DNA of 64,000 nucleotides, taken from the human T2T-CHM13v2.0 reference genome, Homo sapiens. The translations under genes and the position numbers were made by a program. The notes under the pieces were generated by a model. It was not told the DNA's origin. It saw only the letters and a program-made list of their open reading frames with translations, and did no database searches. The DNA is taken from NCBI RefSeq assembly GCF_009914755.1, contig NC_060935.1. One strand, written 5' to 3'. Of this stretch, positions 13,840 through 33,133 are shown piece by piece (within the stretch, counting starts at the first letter, position 1; the number at the start of each line of letters is the position of its first letter).

Positions 13840-14345
13840 TCGGGCTGAACATAGAGGCTCAAGAGCCCTGTTATAAAATTTTCTGGGGTTTAAATACCCT
13901 TTAGAGGTTTCCCATTGGCCACTTCGTGTACACCCCATGTAAATGAAGTAGTGGCTCACAATCAGTCCGATTAGTTGGCTTGCAACCAATCAGAGGCTGA
14001 AGTGAAGTTACAAAGGTTACACTCTATACCAGCGTATTTAGCCTTTGACTGGTTGTGGGAAGCAACCAATCAGAGGCTAAAGTGAAATTACAACGTTGCA
14101 CTTCCATGCAAAGAAAGACTTGGCCCGCAATCAGTCTGACTGGCTGAGGAAAGCAACCAATTAGAGGTCCTTTCAGTTTTCCATCTGCAACGCAGAAAAG
14201 GTTAGGGGGTGGTTTGCACAGAGAGTAGCCTCCAGTCCTTTCGTTACTTAGGTGTGGAACGTTGGGGTTTTCCCTTCGATTTAGTTCTAGGAAGGTGTGA
14301 ATCGGCCTTAGGTTCCCTGCCTCCAGACCCTATATTCCTGCCTCA
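13840..14345 (-). mobile_element. MER51A/B ERV1 LTR, 3'-truncated
   Basis: Reverse complement starts 'tgaggcaggaatatagggtctggaggcagggaacctaaggccgattcac'; repeated 'caaccaatcagagg' CCAAT units; similarity stops before the polyA/U5 part. Confidence 0.88.
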
Positions 14346-14614
14346 CCAGAGGCCTGATTTAGGTTCCTGTGGTTTACCTGTCTCCTGCTGCTGGATGGAG
14401 GGTACCTTACAGGCGGTGAGCATGTCATGTTCATCTCTGCATCTCTGTGTACCTCACACAGGGCCAGGCCTGGACCAAGGGCTCCGTGCCTTTCTGAGGA
14501 AGAAACAGATGGAGAAAGGACAAAAGACAAGGAGGAAGAGAAGCAGGGAAGAGTCTGAACTGGAAAGGTTTCTGAACCTGGAGATGGCCCTCATCCCATC
14601 ACTGCCCAGAGCCC

Positions 14615-14855
14615 AATGGAGCAGTTTGGAGCACTTTGGCTTTGGAGTCAGGCAGACCTGGATTAAGTCCATCTCCACCCCTTACCAGCTATGGGACCCT
14701 AGCAAGAAGCTTTTCTTTGAACCTCAGTTTCCTCATCTATAGAATGGAATAATATCTATTTCACAAAATTGTTGTCAGGATCAAAGGAGAAAATATATGA
14801 AAAACTCTTAGCACATGACGTATCCTGTGGTTAGCACTCAAACAGTAGTAGCCAG
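14615..14855 (+). mobile_element. MIR (near full length)
   Basis: 'ggctttggagtcaggcagacctgg...cctcagtttcctcatctatagaatgg'. Confidence 0.85.
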
Positions 14856-15387
14856 TAATACTAGCGGTAGAGGTAACTGGACAATGTAGGGGAATGGGGC
14901 AGTAGGTGTGTGATAGGCCTATAGAGCCTCCTACCTGGGCAGCTGGGATGAGCAAAATCATCTTTGAATTCTTGCAGACCCTCGGAGACCTGCCACCAAT
15001 ATCTTTTTGCACACATAGCACCAGCCAGTGTCCTGACAGTAATGAGAAGGCAGGTAGCGGAAGCCAGAGGACATGAGGAACATTGAGAATTAGGCTTGCA
15101 GAGTGGGAAGAAGAGGAAGCTGGGGGCCTAGTGCTCCAGACAGTTGGAGCCACGTGGACTTTCAGGGTCCCTGTGTCCACTGGGATGCTCCTGCAGCTGT
15201 CTGTGTCAGCCTTTCCCGAGGGTGAGAGATAGATAAGATTTTCTCCATTCGCCTCCAGAGGGGTTGGGAGAAAGTGATGAGGGAGGCAGATTCTGCCTCA
15301 TTCAGCCTGAGGAAATTTCCTACAATCTGAGCAGCCATCTAACAGGACACTGTCTACCTGTGGGCAGTGAGTTCCCTGTTGTTTTAC

Positions 15388-15760
15388 GAGACAAGGGACA
15401 GAAACCCAACTTAACCTAGTTTAAGCAATCCAGAAAAATTGTTAGCACACCCACCCAAACCAAGGAAAGGTGAGGGCCAGATGATCCCAAGGTCCGCTGG
15501 ATGCAGGACTCAAGCTTGGCCAAGTTCCTTTCTCTCCGTCTCTGTATGTTTCATCTTGACCTCTTGTTCCTTCAGTATCCTCCGGCAGCTCCTGGGGCCT
15601 ATCCTGAAGCTTATGGTTTAACTAGAGAGAAAGTTCTCCTCTTTTCCAACATTGATAAATATAAAATTCTGGGGGGGTGCCCGATTGGCCCAGCTTGGGT
15701 GGTGCATCTGCCCCTTGGACTGATCACAGGGGCCTGAGGGAGGCAGAGGTGCAGTTGGCC
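15388..15760 (-). mobile_element. MLT1J-like MaLR LTR
   Basis: 'gacagaaacccaacttaacctagtttaagcaa' and 'gattggcccagcttgggt'. Confidence 0.6.
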
Positions 15761-17204
15761 TCCTCATGAAAGACGCGGGCTGGTGGCAGAACCAAACCCA
15801 TGTTTTTTGCCTTCACTAGTCAGAAGGGACAAGGAGTGGCGAGCAGACGGGAGCAGCAGACACGACCATAAGCACCTGTGAGGAAGCTGCACCAGGGTTT
15901 CTTCCAGGAGAGAGGTTGGCCTTGACAGGCTTAAGCCCCCTTTCATCACTTGCAGTCTAGAACTGCTTGCAGAGTCAGGCCTCCCGACTTCACATGTGGG
16001 ACTCAGGTGTGGGCACAACTGCCCTGCATCTGCCCTGTCACCCCAGGGACTAAGGGCACCTCGGGGTTTTGTGGATAAATGGATGGCCAGATGGCTGTGC
16101 TTGTGTCATAGCCAGAGGGGAGGCAGGAAGCTCAGGGACTGGGGAGGCAGTTCCACCTGAAACCCTACGGGTCTTCACAGCAGTGAGACATGAAGTCCGC
16201 AGAGGTCAGTGTGTGCCCGCCACGAGTTGTACGCCCAGTCCAGAGGAGCCAGGAGCTCTGCAGAAGCAGAGGTACCCGCAGGTGCAGGGCCCCAACATTG
16301 CTCCAAGGGTACCACCCACATCACGGGGTATGAAAGGAGCTGTGCCTGAAGTTCAGAGCCTGCCTCCACCACATGCAACAGCCCTGCTCTCTAGAACCCC
16401 AGCTTTTGGTTTCATTCTCAAAGCCAGTCAAGGTGACTCCTGTGGGGCCCCAGGGGCCTCTCTTATGCTCTAGAGCCAACAATGGCAAAATCAGTGGACT
16501 CATTCTCTTTCATTCTCTTTCTTGGACCCTCATTCTGGCAAGTGGGTGGGCTTTTTTACAAGGCTGATGTGTTCGATGGGTAATTTCCATCTACAGACAA
16601 GCAGGTGGCCATGCCAGGACACATTCTCCTATCCTTGTCGTGCACCCAGCCTCTCAAGCTGCATTTGTGAGTCTTGTGAACTGGTATGCGACTATTCCTG
16701 CTACTTGGAAGTAATGCATGTTGAGTGTATCTCATGGCATCTCACCAAGGTGTCCAGATAGCCTTTTCCCGACAAGAAAGCAAGTTGTTCAGGGCAGGCT
16801 TTCTTTGCACACACATTCTTTCACCAAGCATAGGTCCCAAGGTGGTTCTGGGAAGACCCTAAATCTCTGCCTCTCGAGTGGCTAGGATTGAACCAGCAGC
16901 CCCTGCAGGTCTGGTAACTAGCAGTGAGAAACGCTGGGATGTCTTTAGGTATCCCCATGAGACCCACAGCGTCAGCTCTTGGTAACCTCCCCGACTTTCA
17001 ACACCTTTAACTCAGACACCTGAGACTCTTCCTTTCTTGCTCTCAATTTCAGCTCTGTATTCCTCAGAGATGGGAAGAGGATGTCTTTATCTAGCACTCT
17101 AGGTGTTTGATGTGGGAGCAGAGTTCCAAATGGGAATTCAGGCCACCATATTGACCAGAGCTGTCTCTAATCACTTCTCCTTGAGCAGCCAAAGTGATTT
17201 TTTA

Positions 17205-17825
17205 AATTTATTTCTTTTTTTAAATTGAGGCATGATTCATAAACAGTAAAATTCACCCTTTGGGGCATGCGGTTCTGTAAGTTTCAATAAATGCATACTA
17301 CCAGGTAGCTCCTACCACAGTCGAGATAGAGAACAGCTCCAAAATATTCCCCAGTGCCCCTTTGTAATCACCTCTTCCCCACAGCCTCAGCCCCTGGAAA
17401 CCACTGGTCTGTTTTCTGCCTTTTCCACAATGTCACATGAATGGAGTCAAACAGAAGGAAGCCCTGTGCATCCCATTCCTTTCATCTAGCAAAATGTGTG
17501 AGATATATTCATGTTGTTGTCTATAGCAGGAGACTGATTTTTTATTGTATTTTATTTGCTCTATGTGTATGTACCCAGATTGTTTATCTATTCACCAATC
17601 CAAGGACATCTGGATTGCTTCCAGTGCTTAGTGATTATGAACAAAACAATAACGTCCAGGATTTTGTGTGAACATAAGCTTTCACTCCTGCTGGGTCATA
17701 TGCATGTTTAACTTTATAAGAAAGTGTCGAGCTGTTTTCCAGAGTGGCTGTAGTGTTTTGCATTCCCACCATCAGTGGAGGAGTGTTCTAGGTGCTCTGC
17801 AGCCTGGTCAGTGCTTGGTGTTGTC
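17205..17825 (-). mobile_element. Old L1 (L1MB/MC-like) 3' end inserted in an L2
   Basis: 'acagtaaaattcacccttt', 'cagcccctggaaaccactggtctgttttctg', 'ttttccagagtggctgtag'. Confidence 0.8.
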
Positions 17826-18355
17826 AACAGAGTGAACTTCTAAAGATGCAATCTGCTTATGTCAGAATGATTCAATGCCTTTTTATTGCTCTCAGGCTGA
17901 GGCTCTTTCGGTGTGCCAGGAGGCCCGGCACAGTCTTGCTATGCCCCTTTGTGACTATGCCCCAGCCCCATCACCCCAACCCCAGGACCCCCAGGATCCT
18001 GGGGGAAAGTGCGAGGTTTCTCCTCCCCTCTGACTCTGCTCTTTGCTGGGTAGCCCCCTTCTCAACCTACAAACTTCAATGCTTCTCCCTCCACCAACTT
18101 TCCTGACTCCAAACTCCAGCTGGGTGACTTGCATCTTCCCTTAGCACCCTGTGGTTTTCCTTCACAGCACTTGTCACAACCTGGAGACACATACTTCTCT
18201 CTGTGATCATGAGATTAAGGCCCATCTCCTCCTCCAGCTTGTCATCTCGATGATGGCAGGAACCAAGTCCATTTCATTCACTATTGTTTCTCTAGTTTCT
18301 TTAGCACATAGTGAGTAGTCAATAAATACTTGTCATAATCTTGAATAAATGACTG
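17826..18355 (+). mobile_element. L2 3' portion
   Basis: 'gatggcaggaaccaagtc...agcacatagtgagtagtcaataaatacttg'. Confidence 0.7.
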
Positions 18356-18669
18356 GTGGAGATTCTCTGCAGCTGGGATGGTCCAGGGAAGACTTCAGGC
18401 TTTCCATGATCTCTGGCAGGTGTCTGAACTATGGTGTAGGACAAGTTTTCCACAGTCCCCAGGACTCTGGTCAGCCATTGTCACACCCATCAAACACCCA
18501 CATCAGATAAAGGGTGTGAGCTCAACGCCACTTCCTGGAGCCCCCATGCTACTTGAGGTGGGGCCAGTCATCCAGGAGCACCCTCTCCATTTCCTTCCTG
18601 GTGGGCCCAGTCTCTGGTATTTACAAGTAGCTCTGCTTGTTTTCTATCATGCTTTGTATTTTATTTTAT

Positions 18670-21030
<2,361 letters not shown>

Positions 21031-21055
21031 TTTATTTTCCCTTTTATTTTCTTTA

Positions 21056-21845
21056 TTATTATTATTATTATTATTTTATTATACTTTAAATTCAAGGGTA
21101 CATGTGCACAACGTGCAGGTTTGTTAAATATGTATACATGTGCCATGGTGGTTTGCTGCACCCATTAACTCATCATTTACATTAGGTATATCTCCTAATG
21201 CTGTCCCTCCCCCTTCACCCCACCCCACGACAGGCCCTGGTGTGTGATGTTCCCCACCCTGTGTCCAAGTGTTCTCATTGTTCAATTCCCACCTATGAGT
21301 GAGAACATACAGTGTTTGGTTTTTTGTCCCTGTGATAGTTTGCTGAGAATGATGGTTTCCAGCTTCATTCACGTCCCTACAAAGGACATGAACCCATCTT
21401 TTTTTATAGCTGCATAGTATTCCATGGTGCATATGTGCCACATTTTCTTAATCCTGTCTATCATTGATGGACATTTGGGTTGGTTCCAAGTCTTTGCTAT
21501 TGTGAATAGGGCCGCAATAAACATACGGGTGCAAGTGTCTTTATAGCAGCATGATTTATAATCCTTTGGGTGTATACCCAGTACTGGGATGGCTGGGTCA
21601 AATGGTATTTCTAGTTCTAGATCCTTGAGGAATTGCCACACTGTCTTCCACAAATGGTTGAACCAGTTTACAGTCCTACTAACAGTGTAAAAGTGTTCCT
21701 ATTTCTCCACATCCTCTCCAGCACCTGTTGTTTCCTGACTTTTTAATGATCACCGTTCTAACTGGTGTGAGATGGTATCTCATTGTGGTTTTGATTTGCA
21801 TTTCTCTGATGGCCAGTGATGATGAGCATTTTTTCATGTGTCTGT
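21056..21845 (-). mobile_element. L1PA (L1PA4-6-like), 5'-truncated, ~790 bp
   Basis: Primate L1 3' UTR 'gggtacatgtgcacaacgtgcaggtttg'; ORF2 C-terminus IPFDPAIP...AKTWNQPKCPS (ORF 21369-21653); TSD cccttt(t/a)attttcttta; (TAT)n tail. Confidence 0.93.
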
Positions 21846-21869
21846 CCCTTTAATTTTCTTTAGAAAAAA

Positions 21870-24832
<2,963 letters not shown>

Positions 24833-25758
24833 TGTGATACTGTGATTTACAATAAGAAATATCTATTTCAGTCTTTGTCCCTGGTTCTTGGCACAGAACT
24901 CCTAAAACCCTTGTAATTTCCTGAGCAGTAGGAGTGCCAGGAGCCTCTTTTGCTCTACTATTTGGTCTTTTACCCTGGTTCCTAACACACAGCTTTTAAT
25001 TCCCTGGAATTTGTGAAGTCTTTTGCATCTTTTGCTCTAATGACTTGTCTCTTGCTGGTTCCTGAATGAGAGCTGGTCACCAGAGATAGAAGCCATGATT
25101 AGAAGCTTGGAGCTTCCAGCCCCACCTCACATTCTCTGGGATTGGGAGAGGGGCTGGAGATTGAGTTAATAACCCATCATGCCCAAGTGATGAAGCCTCC
25201 ATCACAATCTCTGCACTCTGGGGTTTGGAGAGCTTCTAAATAAGCACATCCATGTGGCAAGAGAGTGGTGCGTGCCAGCTCCCTGGGGACAGAGGCTCCT
25301 GCACTTGGGATCCTTCCAGACTTCATCCTTTGTATCCCTTCAACTGTCTGTTCATTAGAAATCTTTATCATATCCATTAATAATATAATAAACCAGCAAA
25401 TGTGTTTCTCTGACTTCTGCGAGTTGGTCTTGAAAAGTAATTGAACCTGAGAAGGGGGTCTGGGAAACCTCCAGTTTGTAGCCAAGTTGAACAGAAGTTG
25501 TGGGTAACCTACCACTCGGAAGTGATATCTGAAGTGAGGGGCAGTCTTGTGAAACTGAGCCCTTCACCTGTGGGATCTCACTGTAACTCCAGGTAGATGG
25601 TGTCAGAATCTGGTTACATTGTAGGACACCGTGTTGGTGTTCACTGGAGAACCGGTTAGTGTGTGGGGAAAACCCCAAGCACATTTTGGTAACCAGAAGT
25701 GCTTTGTGCTGTGTTAAAAGTAGAAACAAAAGTTTAGTTTTTTTCTATCTCCTACACA
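24833..25758 (+). mobile_element. MER21 (B/C-like) solo LTR inserted in L1
   Basis: TG...CA ends; 'cttggcacagaactcctaaaacccttgtaatttcctgag', 'gaagccatgattagaagcttggagcttccagcccc', 'ggggcagtcttgtgaaactgagccctt'. Confidence 0.88.
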
Positions 25759-25776
25759 GTTGTCAGTTGCAGTGGT

Positions 25777-26077
25777 GTTTTTTGTTTTGTTTTGTTTTTG
25801 AGACAGGACCTCACTCCACTGCCAAGGCTGGAGTGCGTGGCATGATCTCAGCTCACTGCAACTTCTGCTTCCCAGGCTCAAGCAATCCTCCCTCCTCAGT
25901 CTCCTGAGTAGCTGGAACTACAGGTGAGTGCCACCATGACTGGCTAATATTTTTTTTTTGTAGAGATGTGTTCTCATTATGTTGTCCAGGCTGGCCTCCA
26001 ACTCCTGAGCTCAAGTGATCCTCCCACTTCGGCTTCCTGAAGTGCTGGGATTACAGGCATGAGCCACCACACCTGGC
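25777..26077 (-). mobile_element. AluJb-like
   Basis: 'ggctcaagcaatcctcc' and 'gagctcaagtgatcctcccac'. Confidence 0.9.
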
Positions 26078-26088
26078 AATTTGCAATG

Positions 26089-26089
<1 letters not shown>

Positions 26090-26125
<36 letters not shown>
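26090..26125. repeat. (TG)~18 microsatellite
   Basis: Perfect TG run. Confidence 0.95.
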
Positions 26126-26128
<3 letters not shown>

Positions 26129-27649
26129 ATATATTAATTGGGTCAAGTTTAAGGTTTTTTTGCATATCTATATTCTGCATGTTTTTTGTCTGATTGTTCT
26201 ATCAGCAATTAAATAAGTCACATTAAAGTCCCCTGCTATGATTGAGGCTTTGCATCTTTCTTTTATTTTTTAAGTCTTACCAATTTGTGCTTTAAATATT
26301 TTCACATTATGATACTGGGGGCATGCAGATTTAGAACTGTGATATCTTTCTGGTGCATTTACACACCTGCATCCTTATTTATTTCCCCTCTCTCTAGTAA
26401 TGCTTCTTTCTGCAAAGTACACTTTGTCTGACATGTAGTCTTAGATATATGGTTACCTCAGTGTTTATTTGGTTTGTATTTGCAAAATGTATCCTTTTCA
26501 ATTCATTTAAGGTTTCTTCTTATGTTTAAAGTATATCCTAGATCACAAACTCCCTTTTAAAATTCTGGCTTCATGTGAGTATCTTTAGGGTGACCTCCCT
26601 ACTGCCCTGGTCCCAGGCTCTATGTCCTGTCTTGGACACCTCCTGCGCTGTTAAAACCCAATTGGCCACCAGGGATGAAAAGATGTCTTTAGAGCAAACA
26701 TCAACTCCAGCAATTTCTTGCCCTTCTAGTCAGCATCTCTTGTCATTTCTGCCCTATGATTGTTTCCCTGACTTTCATGCCAGCTCAATCGGGCTTTTGA
26801 AAAATATTTTACTTCTACTCTCTTAAGCATTTTTAGATCTTTCTGTATGGAGAAGAGTTTCTTGGAAAACTCATTCCAAAATATTTCTGAAAATGGAAGC
26901 CTCTTCTTTGTCCGTTCCCCAGCTGGGCTGTTTGTCATATTCTTATCAATTTATATTGATAAGATCTCTTTCTATTAGGGATATTACCCATTTACTCATT
27001 TGTTTTATACTATGTCCTCCTCGAATAGACTTTGTCTTTTGACTTTGTTTGTGGTGTCATTTTTAGAGAGAAAATGTTAATACTTATGAAATTAAATCTG
27101 TCCATTTTTTCTTTATGGCTTGTGTGTCATACCTTACCTAATAAGGTATTTCCCACTTCTACATTTTATCTTTTTAGAGTTTTAGTTGTTATATTAAGTC
27201 TTTAAAACATCTGAAAATTGTTAATGTGCACACTGTATAGAAAAGATCTAACTTTATTCAATCCAGATGCAGAGCCAATTTAGTAAATAAACGGCTCAAC
27301 CCACTGAGCTGAAGCATCACCTTTGTTATGATTACATTCTCACATATTTTAGGTCTATTTTTGGACTCTCTTTCTTGGGCCAAAGATATATTTGTGTATT
27401 TTGGTGTCAAAATTAGACTTATTTTTCTTCTAATACCTTTAGACCAAAGTTTTAATTATTTTCTGGGGCAAGTTTCTCCTCACTACTACTTTTCAAAAAT
27501 TTTCTTGGCAATTCTTGAATATTTATTTTTCCATCTGAATTTTAAAATTATTTTTCCTATTCCAAGGAGAATTATATCATATCGTTACATTTTTACATTA
27601 TACTTTATGCTAATTTAAGAAGGATTTTTCTTTTCATCTTCTCTTTTAA

Positions 27650-27981
<332 letters not shown>

Positions 27982-28087
27982 TAGTTGAAATTGCAGAATG
28001 AATATGCTTCTTTGCAAGCAATATGCTAAGTCCTCCGTATATGATTTTCTTTAATTCTCACAACAAGCTCTAGGAAGGGATTATTGA

Positions 28088-28595
<508 letters not shown>

Positions 28596-29564
28596 TTTTT
28601 TGAGTCTTTAAGACTACTGTTAGATAAGTAATAGTCAAATCTTCACTCTGCTTAAAATAGAAGATTTGCTTTGGCATCTCTTGGAACACGGATTTCATCT
28701 CAAAGCCCAGCCCACCTGTCTGCTAGAGCCTGGTCATTCATTCATTCTTTCACTCAGCCAGCAGGTATGTGTGGGGTGCCCAGTGTTGGTCTTCATATGT
28801 CACTGTGGAGCCACAGTCAGAGATCAGAGAACAAGGCTTTGCTCCAATGAGCTTACAATATATTTGAAGAGCTATAAATGCACATAGAGAGGGAAAGACT
28901 AAAGCACAGACTAAAACATCCAACTCTAGTCTAGTCTCTCTGGTGTCTGTTCAGGCCTCAGGCCCAAAGCCTGGCAGGTGTAGCATCTGCTTGTAGAAGG
29001 AAGAAATAAATAGAATCAACAACACAAGAGGCTACGGGACAAATGGAATGACAGAAGTTTATTTTACACATCCATGGAGAATAGCTGTCTCCATTGGGAA
29101 AAGAAATGCAACTAAGTACATGCCCAACTGAGGTCCTTTCTGTAAAATCACCTTTGAAATAAAGGAGGTGTCTTTTATAACAATATTCTTGTGATGATGA
29201 AAGGAGGTCACATTCTGGGGCACTGGGCAGAAATGAAAGCAGCTCTTTCTCTCATTCTTATTTGCCTTGTCCAGATCCTGCTTGAGATGAGGACACTGTT
29301 CTGGGGGAGGGTCCTGGGAAAGGAACTGGGAATGACGTGGGCTTGTTCCGGTTCTGCCTCAGATGGGCTGGGCTCCTTTTACCACCTGTTGGACTGCTCT
29401 AGTCTGGGGTCTTCACTGATGCTTGTTCTGTTTTATCAACTGGCTCATTTCTCTTTTAGAGAGTTAATTTTTAATGGAGATTTTATCTCCTAATTTAAGT
29501 CTTCTATTTTTTTTTTTCAAAATGTGATGAGTTTAACAGGAGGGGATTTTAGCAATAGCTCATT

Positions 29565-29855
29565 CATCATTTCTGAGATTAATCCATTGAAGATTATATG
29601 CCTCAAGATCTTAACTGATTTTCCACTGAAAAAGGAGGGGAAGGTTCTGTGGTTAAGACAGTTCAGGAATGCCAGATTAAAGAAAATTGAAGAGGCTTCT
29701 TGACCACAGGACTTTCCAGGGCTCTGAATACCCTGATTTTATTTGGCATGTGTCTTTAAATGGCAAAGAGAGGGCTGCAATCAGAATCTCTTTGACTCTG
29801 GGACTTTTGGGTTTACCATCTTCCATGTTCCATAGGACTCAATTTGGAAAACTTT
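29565..29855. mobile_element. MER103C-like hAT-Charlie element inside a MIR
   Basis: 'gttctgtggttaagacagttcaggaatgcc', 'acaggactttccagggctctgaata', 'tgttccataggactcaatttggaaaact'. Confidence 0.6.
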
Positions 29856-30199
29856 TTCCAGCCCAACCCTCTTATTTTACGGACAAAAGAGCTGAGCCTC
29901 AGAGCAAGGAATGACTTGCTTAAGGTTCCCTATTCACTGATGGCCAGAGCTGGAATCCTGACTCTGAATCTAGGCTCTTTTCAATTAAATAGACCATTAT
30001 TTCTGAGCCAGGGCAGGTTGAGAGGTGAGCACAGTTAATATGGGGGTTATATGTGAAATAAATACAAAATCATGAAGGCTTTGTCAAATACGGCCACCTA
30101 GAGATGAATGGAGGGATGCAGTAAGCCCAGGAAGCCCTGGGCTTACTTAGTAGGATCTGCTAGGCTGGATGGTGGTGGTAGGAGCTGTGGGCTCACCTC

Positions 30200-30342
30200 C
30201 TCTCTGTGTCTCTTCTGCCACTCCCAGCCCTCATGAGAACCCTTTGTAGCTGGGCCACAGCTCTGTGATGCTGGCCACAACTCTAGTCTCCAGTGTACAT
30301 GCCCGGGGCCCAGCTGCCTGAGGGAGGAGTGGGCTTGAAGTG
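30200..30342 (+). promoter_or_regulatory. Relic promoter/5' UTR of the SPATA31-family pseudogene
   Basis: 'gctgggccacagctctgtgatg...ctagtctccagtgtacatgccc' directly before ATG 30343 resembles the recalled SPATA31 upstream region. Confidence 0.5.
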
Positions 30343-30525
30343 ATGGGAGGAATCTCTCTCTTTTTCTGAAGAGGCCTAGAGTCTCATGCTGAGGTCAAGT
30401 CTGACTCCCTGGAGCACCAATTCTATCTTTTACTTCTTATGGGGTGAACTCCTCCTTCTGTTTCTGTAAGTCCTACAGAGGAATCTATTTCGATCACTAT
30501 TGAAGAAAATTGGAGACATAGAAAG
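30343..30525 (+). pseudogene. SPATA31-like exon 1 relic (hydrophobic N-terminal segment)
   Basis: ATG at 30343, frameshifts, in-frame TAA at 30467-30469; ends 'gacatagaaag' with no GT donor following. Confidence 0.75.
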
Positions 30526-30562
30526 CCAAGGTCCAATCCCAGCAAAGAATGAATCTTGTCCT

Positions 30563-31306
30563 TGTAATCAGCCAATGGGCTCTTCTTGCCCACTGCACAG
30601 ATACAGCTGATTCACTGAGACAGCTGTATTGCAGTAAAGAAAGGGTTTAATTAATGCAAAGCTAGCTACATAAAGGACAGGAGTTTATTTCTCATATCAG
30701 CCTCCCCTGAATATTCCGAGACTGGGGTTAAGGATAATTTGTTGTGCAGGGGACTAGGGAACAGGTGCTGCTGATTGATTGGGGCTGAAACCATGGGGGC
30801 ATGGAAAGTAGTCCTTGTGCACTGAGTCAGCCTCTGGGTAGGGCCACAGGACCAGATGAGTCACAAGTCACGGGTCCAGGTGAGAGTCAGCTAGTCACCA
30901 GAAATGCAAAAGTCTGAAAAACATCTCAAAAGACCAATCTTAGGTTCTACAATAGTGTGTTATTTGTAGAAGTAATTGGGAAAGTTACAAATCTTGTGAC
31001 CTCTGGAACAAAGGCTGGTTTAATATGCCTACATCTTAGCAGAATTCAGGCCCCTCTCATGATCCTAATCTTATAGACTTATATTAGTTTTTATAAAGGC
31101 AGTTTTCATCCCTGAACGAGGAGGGGCTAGTTTTGGGAAGGGCCATTTTCATCCTTACTTTAAGGGTAAACTATAAACTAAATTCCTCCCAAAGTTAGGT
31201 TGGCCTACACCCAGGAACGAACAGGGATGGCTTAGAGGTTAGAAGCAAGCTGGAGTCAGCTATGTCAGATTTCCCTTAGCGTCACAGTTTTGCAGAGGTG
31301 ATTCCA
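30563..31306 (-). mobile_element. LTR8A/B-like ERV1 solo LTR in pseudogene intron 1
   Basis: Reverse complement 'ctctgcaaaactgtgacgctaagggaaatctgacatagctgactccagcttgcttctaacctc' through 'gggcaagaagagcccattggctgattaca'; two TGAGTCA sites. Confidence 0.88.
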
Positions 31307-31511
31307 TTTTTCTTCCTGCTTTTTGAAATTATTTGGTGCAGAGAAACATCTGGGATTGGAACTCTCAGGAAAGAATAGAACAATATTCTAAGGAACAGGC
31401 AGGGCAGGGCAGGGCAGGGGTTGGCAATAGAAGCTGTGAGCTTCTATTGAGTCTCACAGACTACATCTGAGGATGGCAGAAAGCTCCAGGGTAAGATGCC
31501 AAAATGGGTGA

Positions 31512-31836
<325 letters not shown>

Positions 31837-32411
31837 CATAGATTGGATTATTAAGAGAGTTTAGGACACCTGTATGGGACAGAGTCCCACCACTCTTGCT
31901 CATTATCACCTTTGCATCTCAGGTGTGTCTGTGTCGAGCCTTTCTTTTGCATTAAGACTGATCTGGAGACAATGCTGGACCTGTGGAAGCCTCTCATTAG
32001 ATGCTCTAGCAACACCTTCAAAGGGGAGGTTCCCAAGAAGTGACTCTAGACTCTGCTCTGCCCATCCAGAGGGCTGAAAGAACCACAGAGCTGGCAAGGG
32101 GCCCTGCAGTGGGGTGGCGCTGTGAGAGGTGGAGGAAGGACTAGTGGTTGGTTTTGGAGGACACGTCTCAACTTCCCCTTTGAGGTGACATCTGGTCTGC
32201 ATCCCCTACCAGGCTCCCAGGGATACTGCATGGGAATACACTTTGTAAATGACACAGTGCTATACACGCAAGAGCCTTACCATTACTGTCACTGGCCATT
32301 ATACTCCCTAATTCCTAGTGTTCTTAGGGCCTAATCTTAAAGGGTCTCCCCTGAAAGGAACATTCTCCTCAGTTTCCTACCCATGCCTAACCCAGGCTCT
32401 GGCTTGCATAG

Positions 32412-32462
32412 CTGGTCTGGAGAAGCTGAGGCAGCATGGCACCTGCTTTCTCTTAGGAAAAG
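32412..32462 (+). pseudogene. SPATA31-like exon 3 relic
   Basis: Acceptor 'ggcttgcatag' and donor 'aaaag|gtggtg'; translates WSGEAEAAWHLLSLRK. Confidence 0.7.
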
Positions 32463-33133
32463 GTGGTGTATTTCTCCTTCTTTCCTGGTCCTTCTTCCTA
32501 GCATGATCTATGCAAGTCTAGGGTCCCAAGACAGGGCGATGTGGGAGGTGAAACCCACAGGAAAGGTGATGTGAAGGAAAATCTAGGGGTGAGGGATATA
32601 AGGGTTGCTGAAGAGCCAGGGATGTGGGATGTGGCCCTGCCCATCCCCTGCTGGACCCCATGCTGATCCTGGCCCCAACTTAGTGTGAGGCCTGTCTCCT
32701 GCAGGCATAAGGCAAGCTCCTTTGGGAGGGCGGCTTTTTGCAACAGTTGCAGCAAGCTCACTGCTGCAGGTTATGATATGTGACTGTCTGCTGTTGGGGG
32801 AGCCTGGGATGAGGCTGCTCCTGCTGGGTCCCTGGTGGCTTCTGCTGCTCCTTGGCCTGAGCCTGCACAAGCGCTGGCCTCTTTTCCTCCAGGTTCCACC
32901 CCCTCCCCGGGCCCAGCCAGCTTCCACTCTGTTTTGTTCTCTCCTACCCCTTGATGCCTCTCTTCCGCCAGAGCCCTTCTAGCTCAGGACCCCACATTCT
33001 TCACCCCCGTGACTTGACTTCCCCCCTCCTCCCTTGGAGCACACTCAGATCCTAGAGTCTATTCCCCGGCCAGACCCTCTTTGTCTCTGGCCTCCACCTT
33101 CTCGCTGGACCCCCAGGCAGGGACACTCCCTCC

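Noticed and set aside
14209-14742. 177-aa plus-strand ORF
   Set aside because: Spans the MER51 LTR and a MIR; chance ORF.
32040-32105. Possible exon 2 ending at a GC donor
   Set aside because: No convincing acceptor or basic peptide; it resembles recalled intron 2 sequence better.
32722-32982. ORF with signal-peptide-like MRLLLLGPWWLLLLLGL
   Set aside because: Out-of-frame reading of the pseudogene exon; the homologous frame reads DEAAPAGSLVASAAP.
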